This document shows, in pieces, positions 1-8,150 of a stretch of DNA of 32,000 bases; the stretch's first letter is position 1, and the number at the start of each line of letters is the position of its first letter. Position numbers and translations under genes: made by a program. The notes beneath the pieces are model-generated. The model did no database searches. It worked only from the letters and a program-made list of their open reading frames with translations, and was not told the origin of the DNA. The DNA is taken from NCBI GenBank assembly GCA_947630725.1, contig CANRIS010000001.1, forward strand, positions 91,446 to 123,445. The letters run 5' to 3'. The stretch comes from an uncultured Clostridia bacterium. GTDB lineage: Bacteria; Bacillota; Clostridia; Lachnospirales; CAG-274.

Positions 1-362
1 ATGGACTCGGCAGTCACATCAATTATGTTTGCTCTGAATATATCAACTATGGAGACTATTTCGCCTCTGTTTTTGTCGGTGCAGCCCACCTTTATGAGCG
101 AAAGCTCTCTGAAAACCGCGCGTCTCGTACTCATATCCACAACACGCCTTACATCTATGAGCTTTTCGACCTGTTTTATTATCTGGTCGATAGCGTCGTC
201 GTCACATATAACGACTACGGTTATTCTGGAGATGTCCTCCGTTTCAGTCCCTCCCACACTAAGGGAGTCGATATTGTATCCCCTTCTCGAAAACAATCCC
301 GTTATACGGCTAAGAACGCCCGCATGATTGTCCACAAGAATGGAAAGCACGTGTCTTTTCAT
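1..362 (-). CDS. ilvN: acetolactate synthase small (regulatory) subunit, N-terminal part; the gene runs off the left edge
   Basis: Own translation of the minus strand from ATG 362..360 gives MKRHVLSILVDNHAGVLSRITGLFSRRGYNIDSLSVGGTETEDISRITVVVICDDDAIDQIIKQVEKLIDV..., the ACT-domain N-terminus typical of AHAS small subunits. AAGAGG lies 7 nt upstream. It is missing from the ORF track because no stop codon falls inside the window. The + ORF 1..327 is its antisense shadow. Confidence 0.85.
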   Translation of the reverse strand, partial: MKRHVLSILVDNHAGVLSRITGLFSRRGYNIDSLSVGGTETEDISRITVVVICDDDAIDQIIKQVEKLIDVRRVVDMSTRRAVFRELSLIKVGCTDKNRGEIVSIVDIFRANIIDVTAES

Positions 363-464
363 ATCAAAACCTCTTTCTTGAACATCAATAATTTTTGACA
401 GTGATCGGGTTTCCCCGATAAGTAATCGCAGATTTCGCCCGATTTTTCCTACACCACAGCTTTC

Positions 465-784
465 GGAAACGCCGTCTTTGGTTATAAAAAATCCTTTTGC
501 GGTAAATTCCTACGCTACAAGGTGTTTTCTCCTCTTTTCTTTCGGACAAAACACCACTTCCGCTTGAATTTACCTACGCCGTGGGCTTTGGAAACGCCGT
601 CTTTGGTTTTAAAAAATCCTTTTGCGGTAAATTCCTGCGCTACAAGGTGTTTTCTCCTCTTTGCCTCGGATAAAACACCACTTCCGCTTGAATTTTCCTA
701 CGCCGCGGGCTAAAAGGATTTTTTATTTTGAATTGAGCGGCGTTTCCATTAAAGATTTTTTATTTTGAATATATCGGCGTTTCC
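465..784. mobile_element. outer copy of a ~157-nt TIR-bearing (MITE-like) repeat, interrupted by a second copy
   Basis: GGAAACGCCG at 465-474 pairs with CGGCGTTTCC at 775-784. ATAAAAAATCC at 484-494 pairs with its complement at 751-761. The core 499-586 is ~91% identical to 624-710. Confidence 0.6.
590..747. mobile_element. inner, complete 158-nt copy of the same TIR element
   Basis: GGAAACGCCG at 590-599 pairs with CGGCGTTTCC at 738-747. AAAAAATCCTTTT at 611-623 pairs with AAAAGGATTTTTT at 712-724. An internal hairpin is formed by GGTGTTTT..AAAACACC. Confidence 0.6.
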
Positions 785-786
785 AC

Positions 787-1090
787 AAAAAAAAATCGCC
801 GCTATCCTTAGATAGGGACGAGGCAATTCGTGGTACCACCCTAATTTATCCCCCGTCCGAAAAACAGGGAAACTCATGAGGTTCTATCAAACCTTCTCCT
901 GTAACGGGGATAACCGTCTTTTCTTAATTGGCTTTAAATATCGGCTGTTCGGAAAAGAAGCTTATGAGTGATAACAAAACAGGGGGCTGCTGTCTCGCAC
1001 CAAAGACCCACCGAGGATCCCATCCGACAGCTCTCTGAAAATACCTTACCTGATCAAGTTCATTTCTCAGTCATCGCTTTTGAACATCTA
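787..1090 (-). promoter_or_regulatory. T-box riboswitch leader (tRNA-sensing transcription attenuator)
   Basis: The minus strand carries the T-box sequence AATTAGGGTGGTACCACG (plus 829-847). It is followed by the terminator stem CGTCCCTATC/GATAGCGGCG and a T9 run (plus 787-795). Upstream are a GCGATGA K-turn (plus 1071-1077), an AGAGAG box (plus 1031-1037) and GGTG distal motifs. Confidence 0.85.
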
Positions 1091-1096
1091 CAAGCT

Positions 1097-1125
1097 ATTT
1101 TATCAAATACGTTCTCTCTTGTCAA
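1097..1125 (-). promoter_or_regulatory. sigma-A type promoter for the T-box leader
   Basis: On the minus strand: TTGACA (1125..1120), a 17-nt spacer, then TAAAAT (1102..1097). Confidence 0.6.
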
Positions 1126-1199
1126 CAGTTTTTTATAATACATTTTAAATTTTGCAAAAAATTTTTTTGGGAAAAAACCGTTGGTATGCGACCCCGTCT

Positions 1200-1877
1200 T
1201 TAAAGCGGTTTTTTCTTTATCCTTGCGGAGCTTCTCGGATAACCCGAAGGCGTAGGTTGGGTCTTTTTTATAAAAACAAGGCTGTGAGTAAAGTCTGCCA
1301 ACGAATAAGTCTCCGTTCTTTCGATAGTTCCTCCGAGTATTTCGGCGGCTCTTTCGGCGCTCTGTATCTCTTTTTCAGGCTCGGGGCCCTTCATTGCAAT
1401 AAAATACCCTCCCTGCTTTACAAATGGCAGGCAGTATTCCATAAGCACAGGCAGCGCAGCAACGGCTCTTGATGTGGCTATGTCAAAGCTCTCTCTCATA
1501 TCCCTTGCAGCGTCCTCAGCCCTTGCGTGCATAAGCCGTACGTTTTCAAGCCCCAGCTCTGATATGACGGAGCCTAAAAAAACGATTCGCTTGTTAAGGC
1601 TGTCAAGCAGCGTCAGTCTGACGGAGGGTTCCGCAATTTTGATAGGTATACCGGGAAAGCCTGCCCCCGTGCCTACGTCTATGACCGACTTATTTTTAAA
1701 ATCCGCATATTTCAGAGGAAAAAGACAGTCCAGAAAATGTCTGAAGGCTATGTCCTTTTCCTCTGTTACGGCAGTAAGGTTCATACTCTTGTTTTTTTCC
1801 GCCAAAAGCTCCTTGTAGACCTCAAAGGCTCTTATCATATTTTCGGGAACGCCGTAAGCCGACAATATTTCTTTCAT
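1200..1877 (-). CDS. rsmG: 16S rRNA (guanine527-N7)-methyltransferase RsmG/GidB
   Basis: 225 aa with the SAM motif VIDVGTGAGFPGIPIKIA. The overall sequence pattern is typical of GidB. Confidence 0.9.
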   Translation of the reverse strand: MKEILSAYGVPENMIRAFEVYKELLAEKNKSMNLTAVTEEKDIAFRHFLDCLFPLKYADFKNKSVIDVGTGAGFPGIPIKIAEPSVRLTLLDSLNKRIVFLGSVISELGLENVRLMHARAEDAARDMRESFDIATSRAVAALPVLMEYCLPFVKQGGYFIAMKGPEPEKEIQSAERAAEILGGTIERTETYSLADFTHSLVFIKKTQPTPSGYPRSSARIKKKPL

Positions 1878-2015
1878 TTTAAAACAAGCCTTTCTTTTGT
1901 GTCCGTGGTCGAAGCGTGGGAAATATATCGCCGCAGCTTAAATATCTCCCGATGTCAGCCTGATATGGCGGCTCCGTCATCTGCCTATTATGCGATAATC
2001 ATTCTATTATAGTTA

Positions 2016-2552
2016 TTATTCCGAAAAATTAAGTATTCCTATGTAGGGGAGGTTTCTGTATCTCTGGGCATAGTCAAGACCATAGCCCACCACAAACTTA
2101 TCGGGTATCGTAAAGCCCACATAATCGGGAACAATCTCAAATTCGTGCTTATCGGGCTTGTTGAGAAGAGCGGCAAGCTTAAGGGACGCAGGATTTCTGA
2201 GCCTCAGTCTTTCCATAAGCATATGCAGCGTCCTTCCCGTGTCGATAATGTCCTCTACTATAATAACATGGTTGTTTTTTATGGAAATATCCAGATCGAG
2301 ATTTATTTTTACCTCTCCCGAGGTTTGTGTATCGTCATAATAGCTGGATACGTCCATAAAGCATATAACGACATTCATATCAAGCTTTTTTGCGAGATCG
2401 GTCATAAAAAATGCCGAACCCTTAAGTATGCCAAGAAGCATTACCTTGTCTATGCCTTTCGCCTTGCAGTCCGCATTGATCTGAGCGGCTATCTCGTTTA
2501 CCTTTGCGTTTATTTCTTCCTCCGGGATAAGAACTCTTACATTTTCTTTCAC
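2016..2552 (-). CDS. hpt: hypoxanthine phosphoribosyltransferase
   Basis: PRPP-binding motif VIIVEDIIDTGRTL and a C-terminal GYGLDYAQRYRNLPYIG. I chose the GTG start at 2552 because AAGGAGG lies 9 nt upstream. The ORF-track extension to 2636 has no RBS. Confidence 0.9.
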   Translation of the reverse strand: MKENVRVLIPEEEINAKVNEIAAQINADCKAKGIDKVMLLGILKGSAFFMTDLAKKLDMNVVICFMDVSSYYDDTQTSGEVKINLDLDISIKNNHVIIVEDIIDTGRTLHMLMERLRLRNPASLKLAALLNKPDKHEFEIVPDYVGFTIPDKFVVGYGLDYAQRYRNLPYIGILNFSE

Positions 2553-2783
2553 CCTACAGCACCTCCTTAAAAGCATTCTGTCTGTTCGGGGTATGCGTCT
2601 GTTTTTCGACCCCTGTTTTGCATATTTCCGCAGCATAGTTTATGATAGTGTATAATACCATTATACAGCAAAACAAATTTTTTTCAACAATTTTTTTGAT
2701 ATTTTTTTAAATTTTGCCCCGCATCGGGTTTTATTTTGCGCCTGTCCCCGACAGAAAAATCCAAAACATTTATCATACTCATA

Positions 2784-2826
2784 AACAAAAAAGGCGCCTT
2801 GTCCGAAGTGAGCAAAACGCCTTTTC
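2784..2826 (-). terminator. rho-independent terminator after the DUF4364-like gene
   Basis: AAAAGGCG (2789-2796) pairs with CGCCTTTT (2818-2825), with an imperfect inner stem and a GAAG loop. A T-run follows on the minus strand. Confidence 0.55.
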
Positions 2827-2848
2827 CGCTTCTTTTTCCTTTTTATTT

Positions 2849-3400
2849 TCAGGCCTGTTTTCTGGCCGAAAAATCACCCGAAAGCTCGTTTAAAAATTTT
2901 CTGAATATCTCCGATGAGTTTTCCTTCCACTTACGGCAGATATACTGAGCCATATCCCTGTCCACAACCGAAACATTGACCTCCATAAGTATGGCCTGTC
3001 CCTCATAAAGACCGCACTTAACGATAAAATCTGAGTCTGCGTCATAAAACCAGTCCGCCGAAACCGAAAGCTCCTCTTTTATCTTCTTTTTATGGCGGCT
3101 TATGTATCTGTGTATCCTGCCGCTTATGTCAACAGAAAGCATTTCGTTCTTGAAGGATCTGAGGATCTCCTCCCCCTCCTCCGTGATGGTATAGTATGTC
3201 TGGTGTTCGGTGCAGCTTTCTTCTATAAGCTTTGTTTCCGTCATATCGCCGAGGCACGATCTCAACGCCCAATAATCCATTATATCCGTTTCAGAGGCGA
3301 ACTCCTCAAGCTGAGCGTTTGACATTGGCATATCTATGGTATATAATAAATAAAGGATGCTGATTTTCTTTTCACCCTGATTATCCACATAGTTTTTCAT
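2849..3400 (-). CDS. hypothetical protein, DUF4364-like (possible winged-helix regulator)
   Basis: 183 aa from ATG 3400, with AAGGAG 10 nt upstream. The N-terminal KKISILYLLYTIDMPMSNAQLEEF pattern resembles DUF4364 family proteins as I remember them. The TTG extension to 3430 is rejected. Confidence 0.6.
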   Translation of the reverse strand: MKNYVDNQGEKKISILYLLYTIDMPMSNAQLEEFASETDIMDYWALRSCLGDMTETKLIEESCTEHQTYYTITEEGEEILRSFKNEMLSVDISGRIHRYISRHKKKIKEELSVSADWFYDADSDFIVKCGLYEGQAILMEVNVSVVDRDMAQYICRKWKENSSEIFRKFLNELSGDFSARKQA

Positions 3401-3914
3401 TTCTATCTTACTCCTTTTCCTTGGCTTCAATTATAAACCACTTTTACAGAATTTACAACTGGCTATTGAGCTAAAAAACCGTTGAATATTTTGTAGAAAA
3501 TAACTATTTTTTACAAATGCGCAACAAAACCGTAACAAATTTTACCCCTCGGTCATTCTCAGACATACTATATTTGGCATTCGCCGCCTGTCTTACGAAC
3601 TATATTTAGTATTTTGTTTCATAAATGTTTCAAATTTTACATCTTGTGCATTTTCAACAATTTTTCTTAAAATTTTTGTGCAACTTTATTTTTCCGACTG
3701 CAAAGCCCCAAAAATATATTCAGACTGTCAATACTTAAACCCCGTGACACTTCTTTCGGGACAAGCTGTGCCGCCGATAATATTATATATACAAAGCTTC
3801 CAAAAAAGACCCCCTTTATGTATCATTATAATTTATAACTCAGGGACATATACTGCCTCATTTATACGGATTTCGGACAAAACAAAAAAATTTAAAATAT
3901 TTTATAAAAATATG

Positions 3915-3943
3915 TTGACACATAGGTACCGAGGGTATATAAT
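3915..3943 (+). promoter_or_regulatory. consensus sigma-A promoter of the metal-resistance operon
   Basis: TTGACA (3915-3920), a 17-nt spacer, then TATAAT (3938-3943). Confidence 0.75.
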
Positions 3944-3944
3944 A

Positions 3945-3972
3945 AACATATGAACATTTGTACATATGTTCA
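3945..3972. promoter_or_regulatory. probable ArsR/SmtB operator
   Basis: Inverted repeat TGAACA (3951-3956) / TGTTCA (3967-3972). Each half abuts a CATATG palindrome, and the site lies immediately downstream of the -10 box. Confidence 0.55.
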
Positions 3973-3998
3973 AAAAACAACAGAAAGGACATTTGCCT

Positions 3999-4352
3999 AT
4001 GTATAACAATGATCTTCCGCCCGAAGAAATATTTTATGATCTTGCCGATTTTTTCAAGGTATTCGGAGATCCTTCAAGAATAAAAATGCTTTACAGCCTT
4101 TATAAAAAAGAACTTGCCGTAGGGGAGCTTGCGGATATACTGGATATGAATCAGTCGGCAGTATCCCACCAGCTCAGGATACTCAGACAAAGCGATCTTG
4201 TAAAATTCCGCCGTGACGGAAAAGCAATAATATACTCCCTCGACGATGAACACGTTTTTTCTGTTCTGGAACAGGGTCTCAGACACATAGCCCACAAAAA
4301 CGGATTGGAGGAGGATGCGTATGAACCGCAAAATTATGCTGAAAGGTCTTGA
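3999..4352 (+). CDS. ArsR/SmtB family metalloregulator (CzrA-like, alpha5-site type)
   Basis: HTH segment LAVGELADILDMNQSAVSHQLRIL. The C-terminal DDEHVFSVLEQGLRHIAH is a D/H-rich alpha5-like site, and the protein has no Cys at all. I prefer the start at 3999 (GAAAGGA RBS) because ATG 3966 lies inside the operator. Confidence 0.85.
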   Translation: MYNNDLPPEEIFYDLADFFKVFGDPSRIKMLYSLYKKELAVGELADILDMNQSAVSHQLRILRQSDLVKFRRDGKAIIYSLDDEHVFSVLEQGLRHIAHKNGLEEDAYEPQNYAERS

Positions 4353-6390
4353 CTGCCCTCACTGCACGGCAGTAATAGAAGAAAAAATTTCGTCTCTGCC
4401 CTATGTGAGCGCAGCGGTGTTCAATCCCGTAACAAAGATAATGGACATAAGCCTTGACAAGGACAGCGAAAAGCTTGACGGCGATGTTAAAAAAATCGTT
4501 GCCGCCACAGAACCCTCCGTACAGGTTCTTGACTATTCGGAAAACCAACAGGGCACCCACGCAGATGACGATGATGACGAGGGAATAACTCCCGTCCATA
4601 TAATAAGACTTGTATCGGGTCTTGTGTTTCTTTTTGCAGCCATATTCTTCAAGACCGAGGCTGTCAGGATACCTCTGTACATAGTCTCATACGTCATATT
4701 CGGCTGGGACGTTGTGCTGAAAGCCTTGAGAAACATTGCCAAGGGACAGATTTTTGACGAAAATTTTCTTATGTCCATAGCGACAATAGGAGCTTTTCTC
4801 ACGGGGAAGTTTGCCGAGGCCGTATCGGTAATGCTCTTTTATCAGATAGGAGAGCTGTTTCAGGATATGGCAGTAGGAAAAGCCTCCCGTTCTGTCAAGA
4901 ATCTTCTCAACATTATGCCCGAAAACGCAAACCTCATTACGGAGGAGGGCATTTCCGTTGTGCCGTCCGAAAAAATAAATACGGGAGATATGATACTTGT
5001 CCGCCCGGGTGAAAAGATCCCCCTTGACGGCATCGTGGCCGAGGGCAGCTCCTATGTGGACAAAAAGGCTCTTACGGGAGAATCTCTCCCCGAGGAGGCT
5101 GTCTGCGGCAGCGCCGTTCTGAGCGGCGAAATAAACGGCAGCTCTCCCCTTAAAATAAAAGTCACAAAAATAAGCTCCGACTCGACAGCCCAAAAAATAA
5201 TAAGGCTCACCCGGGAGGCAGCGTCAAAAAAATCAAAGGCAGAACGTTTTATAACAAAATTTGCAAAGATATATACCCCTGTAGTAGTGTTCGCAGCCGT
5301 TGCCATAGCCTTGATACCCCTTATTTTTGCAGGCCCCGAAAGCTTTTTTGTATGGTTTGACAGGGCGCTTATATTCCTTGTGGCATCCTGCCCCTGCGCA
5401 CTTGTAATTTCTATTCCTCTGGGATTTTTTGCAGGCATAGGCAGAGCCTCGTCAAAGGGCATACTCATAAAGGGAAGTACCTTTGTGCAGTCTCTTGCCG
5501 AAACCGATACGGTTGTTTTCGACAAAACAGGCACCCTGACCGAAGGCAGCTTCAGCATAGAAAAAATCGAGCCTGTGGGAGTGTCCGAAAAAGAACTTCT
5601 TTCGATATGCGCATCGGCTGAAAGCCTTTCAAGCCACCCTATTGCAGCCGCCATAAGCAATACCTCCGAAGAAAAAATACCCCTCGGAGACTATGAGGAA
5701 ACAAGCGGAATGGGCATAAGAGCCATAACAAACGACAACAGGGAAATACTTGTGGGAAATCTCGCCCTTCTTAAAAAGTACAATGTGTCGGCTCCTGCGG
5801 CAGACGACTCAATAACCACCGTTTATGCTGCGGCAGACGGAAAGTATATAGGAAAAATAGTTTTGAAAGACACCGTTAAAAAAGACAGCAAACAAACTAT
5901 CGCCAATCTCAGAGCCAAGGGAATAAAAACCGTCCTTCTGACAGGCGATAAAAAAGAAAGCGCCGAGGAGATCGGCAGGACTCTGGGACTTGACAGCGTT
6001 CGTTGGGAGCTGCTCCCCTCCGACAAGCTTAGCTGCCTTGAAAAGCTATATGACGAAGGCTCAAAAACCATTGCCTATCTGGGAGACGGCATAAACGATG
6101 CTCCCGTTCTGAGGCGAGCCGATATAGGCGTGGCTATGGGCGGTCTCGGCTCCGATGCAGCCATAGAAGCCTCCGATTGTGTAATTATGTCGGACGAACC
6201 TTCAAAAATACTCGAAGCTGTTTCGATATCAAAAACCGCTATGTCAAGGATAAGACAAAACACTGCCTTTGTCATATCCTTCAAGATCTTCGTACTGGTC
6301 ATTTCTGCCATAGGCTTCGGAAATATGTGGCTGGCTGTTTTCGCAGATATAGGCACAGCCCTCCTTGCCGTTCTGAATTCCATAAGATAA
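4321..6390 (+). CDS. heavy-metal translocating P1B-type ATPase (Zn/Cd/Co class, CPC motif)
   Basis: N-terminal HMA domain with CPHC, an acidic/His stretch HADDDDDEG, SCPCALVIS, DKTGTLT and GDGINDAP. GGAGGAGG lies just upstream, and the gene overlaps the repressor gene end. Confidence 0.92.
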   Translation: MNRKIMLKGLDCPHCTAVIEEKISSLPYVSAAVFNPVTKIMDISLDKDSEKLDGDVKKIVAATEPSVQVLDYSENQQGTHADDDDDEGITPVHIIRLVSGLVFLFAAIFFKTEAVRIPLYIVSYVIFGWDVVLKALRNIAKGQIFDENFLMSIATIGAFLTGKFAEAVSVMLFYQIGELFQDMAVGKASRSVKNLLNIMPENANLITEEGISVVPSEKINTGDMILVRPGEKIPLDGIVAEGSSYVDKKALTGESLPEEAVCGSAVLSGEINGSSPLKIKVTKISSDSTAQKIIRLTREAASKKSKAERFITKFAKIYTPVVVFAAVAIALIPLIFAGPESFFVWFDRALIFLVASCPCALVISIPLGFFAGIGRASSKGILIKGSTFVQSLAETDTVVFDKTGTLTEGSFSIEKIEPVGVSEKELLSICASAESLSSHPIAAAISNTSEEKIPLGDYEETSGMGIRAITNDNREILVGNLALLKKYNVSAPAADDSITTVYAAADGKYIGKIVLKDTVKKDSKQTIANLRAKGIKTVLLTGDKKESAEEIGRTLGLDSVRWELLPSDKLSCLEKLYDEGSKTIAYLGDGINDAPVLRRADIGVAMGGLGSDAAIEASDCVIMSDEPSKILEAVSISKTAMSRIRQNTAFVISFKIFVLVISAIGFGNMWLAVFADIGTALLAVLNSIR

Positions 6391-6418
6391 CATAAGCCCA
6401 ACATAAAGGGAAAAGATT

Positions 6419-6452
6419 AAAAAGCTCCGCGCAGCCAATGCGGAGTTTTTTT
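6419..6452 (+). terminator. rho-independent terminator
   Basis: CTCCGC (6425-6430) pairs with GCGGAG (6440-6445), followed by T7. Confidence 0.8.
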
Positions 6453-6573
6453 AATTCAATGCGGCACGGCTCATAGAACTGTCGGTTTAAAGATATAAAA
6501 AAAATAATTTTAAGACAAATTTCAAACAAAGGTGTTTATTCATATAATGCATTACAAAAGCGAGGTGAAGGCT

Positions 6574-7638
6574 ATGGCAAAAATAATAGTTGAAAAAACC
6601 GACCCCGTCTGCCTTGCACTGTATATGAAGGCAGGCAAATTTATAAAAGACCTGCCTATAATAAACTCCTGCATAATCGACATAGACGAAAAAAAGCTCG
6701 GCGAGCTTAAATGCAAAAACTGCAAAATAAATATATCCGAGGAGGCTTGCGTCACAGCTCAGATAAACAGAGCAAAGGAAAAAGTGTCTTATCTGAATAC
6801 CGAAGGTCTGACGGGAAGAAACATAACAGCGGCAGTCCTCGACACGGGCATAAGTCCCCTTCCCGATTTCGGCGGCAGAATAAGAGCCTTTGAGGACATC
6901 ATAGGCGGCAGGGATCATCCCTATGACGACAACTCCCACGGCACCCATGTAAGCGGCATATTGGGAGGAAGCGGAAAGCTTAGGGGTATGGCTCCGAATA
7001 TAAATATAGTTTCGGTAAAGGTTCTGGACAAATACGGCAGAGGCTCCTCAGCCGATCTTCTGGGTGGCCTCCAATGGGTATATGAAAACAAGAAAAAATA
7101 CAACATAAGGATAGTCAATCTTTCGGTAGGCACAGGCGTAAGCGAAATTTTTGATCCCCTTGTTTCGGCGGTCGAGGCACTGTGGGACGATGGCATAGTC
7201 GTCACCACCGCCGCAGGAAACAACGGTCCCGACCCCGGTTCGGTCACCTCTCCCGGCACAAGCCGCAAGGTAATTACCGTAGGATGTCTGGACGATGACA
7301 AAAAATGCAGCATATGGGACACAGAGATAAAAAATTTTTCGGGCAGAGGCCCCACCAGAGAATGTATAGTAAAGCCCGATATTCTTGCGCCCGGAGCTTT
7401 CATATATTCCTGCTCAAACACGGGAGCATATATTCCCCTGAGCGGAACCTCTATGTCAACCCCCATAGTCACAGGCGCAGTAGCTCTGCTTATGGAAAAA
7501 TATCCCGATATAACTCCGAATCAGATAAAATATCTTCTCAAAATAACCTGCGATGACCTCAATATGCCCGTCAACCGTCAGGGCTGGGGACTTCTCAACG
7601 TAGAAAAGCTGCTTCACACAAAGCCTATAAAAATCTGA
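6574..7638 (+). CDS. S8 family (subtilisin-like) serine peptidase, no signal peptide
   Basis: Catalytic triad motifs AVLDTGI, HGTHVSGI and SGTSMSTP, plus oxyanion NLSVG. A ~75-aa N-terminal pro-like region contains CKNCKINISEEAC. I chose the ATG at 6574 after GAGGTGAAGG. Confidence 0.9.
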   Translation: MAKIIVEKTDPVCLALYMKAGKFIKDLPIINSCIIDIDEKKLGELKCKNCKINISEEACVTAQINRAKEKVSYLNTEGLTGRNITAAVLDTGISPLPDFGGRIRAFEDIIGGRDHPYDDNSHGTHVSGILGGSGKLRGMAPNINIVSVKVLDKYGRGSSADLLGGLQWVYENKKKYNIRIVNLSVGTGVSEIFDPLVSAVEALWDDGIVVTTAAGNNGPDPGSVTSPGTSRKVITVGCLDDDKKCSIWDTEIKNFSGRGPTRECIVKPDILAPGAFIYSCSNTGAYIPLSGTSMSTPIVTGAVALLMEKYPDITPNQIKYLLKITCDDLNMPVNRQGWGLLNVEKLLHTKPIKI

Positions 7639-7657
7639 ACATACAGGGAGGTATAGC

Positions 7658-8125
7658 ATGAACAGCAACGTATTTGAAATTCTGAGCGCTATGGGGAGCG
7701 GAAGCTCTCTCAGACAGGACGTATATGAAATTCAGACCCTTATAGCGGATCATTTCAGAAAAAAATATATAAACAGACTTGCAAAAATAATAAATTCCGA
7801 AATAATAAGTCTCAAAACGAACCCCTCGGACGATCTTCGGCTGCTATATGCCCTTAAGCCCTATGCAAAGGGTTCGGGCAAGGGCATTATGGACAATATC
7901 ATAGAGGCAACGGCTATGGTAAGGGCGATCGGCAATATAAGAGGCTCTCTGCCGCCTTCGTCTCCCGTAGTGACCGCCGCCTCTCCCTCGTCCATAAGAC
8001 CCGATGGCGTATACGACATTGACACCGAATGCAGCATAAAAGCCTCCTCACAGACAGGGGACAACCGCGATCTTGTTTTTTCGCTGATACTGCTTTGCCT
8101 TTTCATAAACGCCTTTGATATGTAG
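7658..8125 (+). CDS. hypothetical small protein with a C-terminal hydrophobic tail anchor
   Basis: 155 aa with GGGAGG 7 nt upstream, starting 19 nt after the S8 stop. It has a helical N-domain, a P/S-rich linker (SLPPSSPVVTAASPSS) and a terminal LVFSLILLCLFINAF. I recognise no family. Confidence 0.6.
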   Translation: MNSNVFEILSAMGSGSSLRQDVYEIQTLIADHFRKKYINRLAKIINSEIISLKTNPSDDLRLLYALKPYAKGSGKGIMDNIIEATAMVRAIGNIRGSLPPSSPVVTAASPSSIRPDGVYDIDTECSIKASSQTGDNRDLVFSLILLCLFINAFDM

Positions 8126-8150
8126 GTCAAAACCATAATACTCCCATACA

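Noticed and set aside
1-327. ORF-track + strand ORF of 108 aa at the left edge
   Set aside because: The opposite strand encodes a clean ilvN/ACT-domain N-terminus with an RBS. The + ORF is Ser/Thr/Leu-rich antisense noise.
461-710. Possible CRISPR array (tandem ~125-nt units); the same question applies to the 2 x 60-nt units at 14127-14246
   Set aside because: There are only two units each, the units directly abut with no unique spacers, unit length is wrong for CRISPR repeats, and the window has no cas genes.
2553-2636. N-terminal extensions suggested by the ORF track (hpt to 2636, DUF4364-like to 3430, nrdR to 16498, MBOAT to 29129, S8 to 6532, ArsR to 3966)
   Set aside because: In each case an internal start has a properly spaced Shine-Dalgarno sequence and gives the family-typical N-terminus, while the upstream start has none.
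3678-3953. 91-aa ORF in the long spacer upstream of the ArsR gene
   Set aside because: It has a non-ATG start, no RBS and Ile/Tyr/Lys-rich AT-driven composition, and it overlaps the consensus promoter.
4687-5660. Long antisense or alternative-frame ORFs inside real genes (4687-5193, 5052-5660; also 14952-15809, 17629-18237, 11612-12205, 25588-26127, 29822-30568)
   Set aside because: Each lies wholly within a strongly supported gene on the other strand or frame, lacks an RBS and has skewed composition.
6574-8125. IetAS-like defence pair (ATPase plus S8 protease)
   Set aside because: The partner is a 155-aa protein with no P-loop or ATPase motifs, so the gene content does not fit.
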